Shown: one piece after another, positions 57,658 through 64,000 of the stretch | Layout: each line of letters starts with the position of its first letter | Numbering within the stretch: the first letter of the stretch is position 1 | Assembly: GCA_965216785.1 (NCBI GenBank) | Contig: OZ244197.1 | Location: 2,080,001-2,144,000 of the forward strand | Source of the DNA: Thermodesulfobacteriota bacterium | Lineage (GTDB): Bacteria > Desulfobacterota_D > UBA1144 > Nemesobacterales > UBA2774 | DNA: 64,000 bases | Direction: 5' to 3' | Program-made: the position numbers and the translations under genes | Notes under the pieces: generated by a model | What the model was told of the DNA's origin: nothing | What the model saw: the letters and a program-made list of their open reading frames with translations, nothing else | Databases searched by the model: none

Positions 57658-58119
57658 GTGAGATTTTCAAAGACAGGCCTATTCACATCATTCATACTAC
57701 TACTTTTATTCACCGCTATTTCTTTAGCTGAGGATTTTATTGAAGACCTGATCGATCCCCGTGACCGCATGGAGCGGAGACCTGAAGTCCCTATTGGATA
57801 TGATTTTGAAGACGTTATATTCAACAGGGATTACTTTTATACTGTAACGGAAGGGACAATACAGTTCCGAAACTCCAACAGCGGCCCCTGGAAGTCTCTC
57901 GACCTGAAACTCGGAGTGGCAAAGCCCGGCGACCAAACCCTTAAGGAAGTACCCGCGGAGGATTCCTGGGAGAATGAAGTCGCGCCGGCGACTGTGGAAG
58001 CCCGTCCGTCCGGGCAGTCTTCGGACGGTGTAAGAGAGCAGATAACCAAACCTGAGAAAAAGAAAACCAGGGAAGATGTGCTGCGTGAGCTTCAGCGTAA
58101 GGTTGAGGGCGGGGGGTAG
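57658..58119 (+). CDS. Secreted hypothetical protein
   Basis: Signal peptide from GTG 57658 ending SLA. Confidence 0.6.
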   Translation: MRFSKTGLFTSFILLLLFTAISLAEDFIEDLIDPRDRMERRPEVPIGYDFEDVIFNRDYFYTVTEGTIQFRNSNSGPWKSLDLKLGVAKPGDQTLKEVPAEDSWENEVAPATVEARPSGQSSDGVREQITKPEKKKTREDVLRELQRKVEGGG

Positions 58120-58300
58120 AGACCGGGATGACAAATACTGCAAGAGATAAAACAAAACCCGGCCACACAACATTTTGCGTGAACGGGTTTTTCATATGTT
58201 AGGAACTAGTAGTGCGCATCTGGGACAAACGTCATCTCTCAACCTGAGTATCTTAAACTTTAGAACACCAAATAAGCTTTTAGTAGTTCCGTTTATTTTA

Positions 58301-59011
58301 TTATAGCTGTTTAGAAGATTGTACCCTCGTAATAAGTTTTTTTCTATGGTCGCCGTGTTTTTTATCAACCGTCTTGGCGTGCCACTTGTTAAATTGCTCT
58401 TTGTCCTGAGCGCGCGCGAGCGGCTCGCGCCCTTTCCAGTCATCCGATATCTCGGAAGCTTCTAGAATTTCAATAAATTCCGTCCTTGCTTTTTCCGGGT
58501 CGTCCTCGTTCTTTAGGCTCACCAGCCTTCCGATGAGCTCGTACAGCCTCCAGTTCTCCGAGTTGCCCGGCTCTTTAACCGCTATTGTGAGTATCTCGAT
58601 GCTTTCATTCAGGCTGTCCGTCTTGAACGTAAGAGTCTCTTCGTCCTCGATCTCTATTTCCCTTAGCGCCAGGTGCTCGTAGATCGTTCCGCTCTTACCC
58701 TTATTGAATGTTACATTAGGGTTCTTTACGACAGTTTCCTGCCAGTCCTCCACCTTTAGAGTCTGCGAGTTGTGGGGGGCAACGCGGTAGCGGTGCTTAA
58801 ACACTTTGGGGTGGGGCCAGTGAACGACGCCCGAGTTCTTGTTAACTATCATATTGGTGTCTGACCATACCTCGGGCGAAGGCGTCGCGACTACCTTCTT
58901 GGCCTCTTTGTTGTCGGCAAAGGCAAACGGCGCCCCAGCGCTGTAGACCTTTATCAGACCTGCAGCTCCAACCGACTTTACCAATACGCTAAGAAATTGT
59001 CTTCTTTTCAT
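58301..59011 (-). CDS. Hypothetical protein with twin-arginine (Tat) signal
   Basis: MKRRQFL...AFA. Confidence 0.7.
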   Translation of the reverse strand: MKRRQFLSVLVKSVGAAGLIKVYSAGAPFAFADNKEAKKVVATPSPEVWSDTNMIVNKNSGVVHWPHPKVFKHRYRVAPHNSQTLKVEDWQETVVKNPNVTFNKGKSGTIYEHLALREIEIEDEETLTFKTDSLNESIEILTIAVKEPGNSENWRLYELIGRLVSLKNEDDPEKARTEFIEILEASEISDDWKGREPLARAQDKEQFNKWHAKTVDKKHGDHRKKLITRVQSSKQL

Positions 59012-59163
59012 CTGTCCACTCTAATATCCGCTAAACCCTTTTCATATATTAATATGATGAGAATTGTGAAGTCAAGAATTTTTTAAAATAGGGGATTTTA
59101 AGTTTTTACCGTTTAGTTAATTCTCACTATATCCGTGCGTACTATGAAGGGGAAGATTGTATT

Positions 59164-59301
59164 TGTGTAATATAACCCGAATGGGTTTGTTTATATTACA
59201 CAGAATCTGTAGTCAATCTTCTGTGTTTGATGAGTGTTTTATCGTAACCCTCCCAAAAGACTGGATAAAGCAAAATTAGATCAATTTGGCACGGGGGTTG
59301 C
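59164..59301 (+). promoter_or_regulatory. Sigma54 promoter with upstream inverted repeat
   Basis: TGGCAC-GGGGG-TTGC 59287-59301; TGTGTAATATAA...TTATATTACACA at about 59164-59202. Confidence 0.75.
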
Positions 59302-59315
59302 ATTATGAATTGCCA

Positions 59316-59360
59316 ACGGGGCAGAGGCAAGCGTTTTACAGCGATGCCCGCAGGTATAAA
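59316..59360 (-). repeat. Single inverted module of repeat family B
   Basis: Reverse complement TTTATACCTGCGGGCATCGCTGTAAAACGCTTGCCTCTGCCCC. Confidence 0.7.
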
Positions 59361-59401
59361 TACTTAATTCCCCGTAAAAAACAGCAGGAGGTAACAGCTT
59401 T

Positions 59402-59728
59402 ATGAGAATTTCAATTCTTTCATTATTTTTAGCTTTAGCAGTTGTGGTGGCGGGTCCTCTCGCGTTCGCCGGCTCAGACGTTATAGAAGAGCAGGTCACG
59501 GAGCAGGAAACAGCGCCAGGGCCAGAGGCTCTTGAAGAAGTAGCGGACACTACAGCTGAAGAAACACAGACTGTCGTTCAGGAAAAAGTAGACGAGACGC
59601 AGGAAGCGATCGTAGTGGAAGCCGCGGCTGAAGACTGCGCCAACGGGGCTGACGACGACGGCGATGAGAAAGTGGATTGCGACGACTCTGACTGCGCCGG
59701 AGACCCTGGATGTAAAAGCGGTTATTAA
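59402..59728 (+). CDS. Secreted acidic protein with a C-terminal putative metal-binding motif
   Basis: Signal peptide; EDCANGADDDGDEKVDCDDSDC. Confidence 0.8.
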   Translation: MRISILSLFLALAVVVAGPLAFAGSDVIEEQVTEQETAPGPEALEEVADTTAEETQTVVQEKVDETQEAIVVEAAAEDCANGADDDGDEKVDCDDSDCAGDPGCKSGY

Positions 59729-59878
59729 TACTCTTAATGTGATTTATTGCTGATACATGGAATAGAGTAGCAAAGGGATTGTCTGGTTAATGAAGCATTC
59801 CTACTCTTCCATCATCCTCAATACCCCGGGCCGCCTAAATGCGGTCCGGGGCTTTTTTTATCTACCCTAGTTTTTTCG

Positions 59879-60313
59879 TCAATCCATCTTAACTGTAACT
59901 CCGGAAGCCCCTAAAGAGACAGAGATACCTTCGCTTGTGGACTTAACTCTCATATAAACATTATTTTGGTTCTTCATGACCACGCCGCCTACGCCGCCGC
60001 CGAGTGTGATGCCGTAGTCCCCGGCTACGTATGTGCCGGCAAACTGCTCTATGTCAAAAAGGTCGTACACCTCTCCGACTGCCGAGACTTTTGATACCCC
60101 GACGCCGCCCACTTTAAGGCCGCTTATTTTGAACGGATAGTTCTCGCCCTCGAACTGAAGGTTACCTTTGCCCCAGCCGCCGCCGATGATGAGCGCGAAC
60201 TCCTTTTCCTCAATCTCTACCGTGCCCGAGGGGACTTTCTCTTCAGCGCCTGCCTGGAACGCTACGAGCGTGATGATTACCGCCAAGAAAAACTTAGTTG
60301 CTTCCCTGATCAT
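59879..60313 (-). CDS. Exported beta-rich Gly-rich hypothetical protein (DUF1134/EipA-like)
   Basis: Signal; IGGGWG.G.L.F.G..YPF.I.GL.VG..G, F.G.Y, MKNQNNV. Confidence 0.7.
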   Translation of the reverse strand: MIREATKFFLAVIITLVAFQAGAEEKVPSGTVEIEEKEFALIIGGGWGKGNLQFEGENYPFKISGLKVGGVGVSKVSAVGEVYDLFDIEQFAGTYVAGDYGITLGGGVGGVVMKNQNNVYMRVKSTSEGISVSLGASGVTVKMD

Positions 60314-60469
60314 GTAGTGCCTCCTTGTATTTGTTATCCGCAATTGTACACGGTTTAATCCGCCGCCAGCAAATCGCCTAGCGGTTGATATTATTTCTAA
60401 CATACAATTGGGGTGTTATGAGTGTGTTTTTCAGGAGAATGTCAAATTGTAGATGACTATTATTCTTCC

Positions 60470-60633
60470 TTCTCTTCTTTTGAGTGATCAAAAGAAGCAA
60501 AAATCACCGTCTAGGCAGAAATGACGCTAAAAATTAATTATTCTGGCTAAACCTTATAATTCCACCCCATCCCGTATAAGGTTTTTAACGCCATCCTAAT
60601 TAATTTTCTAAACGCTATTTCTGCATGCCGGAA
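60470..60633. repeat. Dispersed structured repeat family A, copy 4
   Basis: Colinear with copy 1, with paired substitutions. Confidence 0.9.
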
Positions 60634-60671
60634 ACAAGTCACCCTTCGCAGAGCTTCGGGTGATTAAGATA

Positions 60672-61562
60672 TCAAACCGGCCGGGCTTGTTTTCTCCTGA
60701 GAGCAACAAACGCGATTATGCCTATCACACCAGCCATAGCTATAAGTCCCCATTCGCTGAGCGTCGGTATCGGGCGCGGCGCGATCTGGTTTAGGAAAGT
60801 ACATTCGGCTACGGAATTGCCGTTAAGACAGGATATTGAGACGCCGTCCGCGAGTAAGCTCATGTCTACATCACCGGAGATGAGCTCGCAAGAGATTGAA
60901 AGCTCCCATCCGAGCGGTACGTCTTCTGTCACGGTAACGGTATTGCCCTCGGAGATAAATAGCTGCTCTAGAGGGTTCTGAGGATCCGATAGCGTGAATA
61001 CCCCGCTACCGTTTCCGCCGAGAGTGAACTCGAATAAAGTATTGTCCGGAGGCAGCGCGTCATTAACAATATCAATCTGGCAGGACGGCTCGTATTCAAT
61101 AATGCATGAACGGTTGGAATTGCAGCTTTCGTCATTCCACTCGTCGCTTGTCTCAAGACAGTTTTCACAACCCTCTTCACCGTTACAGCCGGAATCGTTG
61201 GGCTCGCCATCTGCCCAGGCGGTAAAGATAAACGGCTCGCCTGTTATCCATTCCCAATCTTCGTCGGGTTGGGCCGCGCCTTCTGCCTGCATTCCGCCTA
61301 ACCAACCGGAGCAGCCAAGATCTTGGTTAATGAAGTTTTGTTCCCCGGCATCGGTAACAGTTGCAAGGTGGCCCCGCATATTCATAAAGACCTGATCGGA
61401 CGCGAAGTCCCTCGCGTCAAACCAGTCGCCGCATCCATCAACACACTCGTAATAATGCCCGTTCGCGGGATTCAGTATAGGCGGCATATTGAAACCCGCA
61501 AATGCGGGCGCCGAGATAAGAAGAACAAATAAAAAGGTAAATATCTTAAATATTCTTTGCAT
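60672..61562 (-). CDS. IPTL-CTERM surface protein with a C-type lectin domain
   Basis: NGHYY, GHLATVT..EQ.FI, WLGG, WEWITGEP..F..W..GEPN, WND; IPTLSEWG tail. Confidence 0.9.
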   Translation of the reverse strand: MQRIFKIFTFLFVLLISAPAFAGFNMPPILNPANGHYYECVDGCGDWFDARDFASDQVFMNMRGHLATVTDAGEQNFINQDLGCSGWLGGMQAEGAAQPDEDWEWITGEPFIFTAWADGEPNDSGCNGEEGCENCLETSDEWNDESCNSNRSCIIEYEPSCQIDIVNDALPPDNTLFEFTLGGNGSGVFTLSDPQNPLEQLFISEGNTVTVTEDVPLGWELSISCELISGDVDMSLLADGVSISCLNGNSVAECTFLNQIAPRPIPTLSEWGLIAMAGVIGIIAFVALRRKQARPV

Positions 61563-61737
61563 TATATCCCCCTTCAAAATTAACGATATCTTTAAACACT
61601 ATACAACAATCTTAAATGTTTAGTCAAGACGTTAGGCATCTTTTGACGCGCCGCTTTATACTGTGGGGATAATGTTAAAATTTGGATTCTGAATAGATCG
61701 TGGAGCGGACTACGGCACAAGGTTCTGCTATGACATT

Positions 61738-61842
61738 TTATTTGCAGAGCTCTTTTGAGTAATCCTGATGCCTTCTTCCGGGTCGGCATTTGACCGTCTT
61801 GCCGGCGCTCGCTTCTGTCACGGACTTGTTGAAGGCTCCTGG
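61738..61842 (-). pseudogene. Internally deleted remnant of the 62863-63315 gene
   Basis: Translates PGAFNKSVTEASAGKTVKCRPGRRHQDYSKELCK*, matching two separated parts of the 62863 protein. Confidence 0.85.
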
Positions 61843-61848
61843 ATATAA

Positions 61849-62697
61849 TTAAGCTGTTACCTTTCTTCTTCGGATAGCCACTAGAGCTACTATTCCCAAT
61901 ACTACCGCCATAGCTATAAGACCCCATTCGGAAACCGTCGGAACATTTCTTGCCACAGGCTCAAGACAATTTATAGCGGCAACTTCCTGAGCCGAGAGCG
62001 CTATGTCGTAGACCTGTAAACAAGCGACCGATCCAGGTGAGTTTTCAGAATTATCTGTTACGTCATCGTCACGGAAAAAAATGAGAAAATCGTCATCGCT
62101 TATGACAGCAAAGTCCGAATCGTCTTGGAATGAAAACTGCTGTACACCATTTACATAGCCGACAACGGTTCCGCCAGCATCTCGAGTAAGAACGACCTGT
62201 ACATATACACCGTCGTTAAAAACAATGTCCGTACCAGATGCTTCATCATAAAATGTCAAAACGCCGTCAGTAATTGTAGTTTCTTCTTCGTCTTCTTCAG
62301 CATACAAACCCATGTCAATAACAAGGTTTTTAAAGTCTATAATCTTTTGAAAACTATCAAGAGATAAATCGCTGAACTCAAATAACGCAACTATTGTATA
62401 CACATTGTTAGATATGACTCCAGTGGTAGCCAATCTTAAACCTTCGCCGAAATTGAATCTGAAAACCTGCCGGTTTTCTCCGTTTACAGTGTCAAAAGCA
62501 AATTGACCGGCACCCAAGTCTACAAGGGGAGGGGCCGGGGGTGTAGAGCTTTGAAGTGTATTTTGAAATTGATAGTCACCCGTTAGCTCGGCATGGCTTG
62601 AAGATGTTAAGCCAACAAAAAATAATCCCATTGTAATTATAAATATGACTGACGTAGCTTTTGAAAGCTTCACAAAAAGCTTATTTAATCTAATCAT
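61849..62697 (-). CDS. IPTL-CTERM surface protein with a LamG/concanavalin-like domain
   Basis: YQF...L, YVQVVLTRD....GYVNG, VYD.ALSA.EV; VPTVSEWG tail. Confidence 0.85.
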   Translation of the reverse strand: MIRLNKLFVKLSKATSVIFIITMGLFFVGLTSSSHAELTGDYQFQNTLQSSTPPAPPLVDLGAGQFAFDTVNGENRQVFRFNFGEGLRLATTGVISNNVYTIVALFEFSDLSLDSFQKIIDFKNLVIDMGLYAEEDEEETTITDGVLTFYDEASGTDIVFNDGVYVQVVLTRDAGGTVVGYVNGVQQFSFQDDSDFAVISDDDFLIFFRDDDVTDNSENSPGSVACLQVYDIALSAQEVAAINCLEPVARNVPTVSEWGLIAMAVVLGIVALVAIRRRKVTA

Positions 62698-62862
62698 TTT
62701 TTCTCCTTAGAATGAAAGTATAACCATTCTTAAATAACAAGATTTTGAAGATTATTCTACTACAAGCTGAGAGAAATTAATAGATATTATCGTCAGGGCT
62801 GAGCGCGCGAAGAGTAATAGGAATTAAATAAAGAGATTCTTTACTTTGAAAAGAATGACAAT

Positions 62863-63315
62863 TTATTTGCAGGGTTTATTTGAGTAATCCTGATGTCCTC
62901 TTCCGGGCCAGCACTTGACCGTCTTTGCGGCGCTCTCGATGAGCCAAGCGCCTTGCTCTGCTCTTTTTAACTTAAGAAAAAATTTCTCACCCATTACCGA
63001 GTCGTCCAAAAGTCCCTCGTTTGTAATGGTAACTGCGGTCTTGTCAGGGGACTCAGCGCTGACATTTTTTCTCTCTATAGTTTGGGTAAGGCCCTCGAAG
63101 GGGCCTGTGAACCTGAGCGAGACAGCAACGGGGTCTGAAGTCCACTTCTCGGCGCCCGCTTCGGTCACGGACTTGTTGAAAGCGCCTGGGTCTAACGTAA
63201 TGTAGCTGGCTTGGGCGCTACCCGCTTTCCCGGTATCTTCGGCGAAGGCAATACTGTGGGAAATTAAAAGAATTAAGACCGCGGCTGCTACGCTCAAATA
63301 TCTGTTTGTCATCAC
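62863..63315 (-). CDS. Secreted hypothetical protein
   Basis: Signal peptide; GLLDDSV.G, KCWPGRGHQDYS..PC. Confidence 0.75.
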   Translation of the reverse strand: MMTNRYLSVAAAVLILLISHSIAFAEDTGKAGSAQASYITLDPGAFNKSVTEAGAEKWTSDPVAVSLRFTGPFEGLTQTIERKNVSAESPDKTAVTITNEGLLDDSVMGEKFFLKLKRAEQGAWLIESAAKTVKCWPGRGHQDYSNKPCK

Positions 63316-63363
63316 AATATAATAGCACAGATACTATATATAACCGCGTTGTCCCGAAGCTTT

Positions 63364-64000
63364 CTACCTGAACACGTTGAATACGCTGCAGGATACCTTG
63401 CCGATAACCATGTTGGGATCAAAGTCCTTCCACATGACTCTGGAGGTCGGGTAGTTCTTGTTATAGGGAATGAGGCTGAGGCCCTGGGGCTCAGAGTAGC
63501 ACTCCCTTACTATGTTTCCCTCGTGAGGGATCTTCAGGGCGTAAAGGCTCCCGGAAACGATGTTCTTCACGCCCGTGTCAATGACGGCTTTAGAGCCGTT
63601 CATAAGGAGCTTCTCCATAGAATCGCCGTTTACCTGCACTACGAGCGAGCTTTCGGTGTAGAGCTCTCTGGGGATGACCGCCGTGTCTACGGGCTCTGTC
63701 TTGGAGAGTTCTTCCGCGGAAGCCCCGGCAGCCAGAGAGAATACGTTTACCTTGATGAAATTACCGTGATGAGAGTCGTCTTTTTTCCCCGAGGAGTCGG
63801 TAATCTTAAGGGTTTGAGAAGACTGAAAGGGGTCGCGCTTAAGTATGTCGAGCGATATATTGTCTCTTTCGCACAGCACGGTAACCTGATCAAAGAACGG
63901 GAAGGCGTTTCGCTGTTTCGCGTTTGAGAGCGCGCCTCTTCCTACACCCAGCGCGTCTGCTACCTGATAGTCCTTTGTAAAACCCTTAATGGCTTTTATT
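63364..64000 (-). CDS. CI/LexA-like regulator (HTH plus S24 domain), 5' end outside the window
   Basis: Frame open to the window edge: DYQVADALGVGRGALSNAKQR HTH; AAG cleavage-type site; GDSME; VIGKV. Confidence 0.88.
   Translation of the reverse strand, partial: IKAIKGFTKDYQVADALGVGRGALSNAKQRNAFPFFDQVTVLCERDNISLDILKRDPFQSSQTLKITDSSGKKDDSHHGNFIKVNVFSLAAGASAEELSKTEPVDTAVIPRELYTESSLVVQVNGDSMEKLLMNGSKAVIDTGVKNIVSGSLYALKIPHEGNIVRECYSEPQGLSLIPYNKNYPTSRVMWKDFDPNMVIGKVSCSVFNVFR

Noticed and set aside
540-63927. Numerous short antisense or overlapping ORFs in the ORF track (e.g. 6115-6654, 9557-10102, 29978-30532, 63349-63927)
   Set aside because: Shadows of well-supported genes on the other strand or frame, with no motifs
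63364-64000. Prophage boundary
   Set aside because: Only a CI-like gene; no integrase or structural genes within the window

Overview
Gene-dense bacterial chromosomal window of mostly accessory, envelope and stress genes. Five IPTL-CTERM sorted surface proteins and the gene style suggest Candidatus Dadabacteria / Desulfobacterota_D, but this is inference only. Recognisable parts: tRNA-Ser(GCT); an RHH gene plus a fused HicA-HicB gene; an ECF sigma / anti-sigma / Spy-like cluster; Fur-boxed feoAB; a GAF hybrid kinase; an animal-type heme peroxidase; the four-gene ATP-grasp / alpha-E / Anbu / transglutaminase operon behind a sigma54 promoter; haloalkane dehalogenase; transporters; and many secreted proteins with eukaryote-like domains (thaumatin, WSC, Kazal, C-type lectin). 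The strongest candidate for an undescribed system is a dispersed regulon. A MarR gene and its divergent rhodanese-DoxX operon share a GTTGCA-N2-TGCAAC palindrome, with a fixed-distance GAATCC element, with four scattered paralogous 91-aa secreted proteins of unknown family, whose 3' UTRs carry a conserved anti-Shine-Dalgarno-like motif. Also notable: a four-copy ~165-nt structured element with compensatory base changes, and an apparent tRNA-Arg split in its T-loop by ~158 nt at the window start. All calls are by eye; no searches were run.
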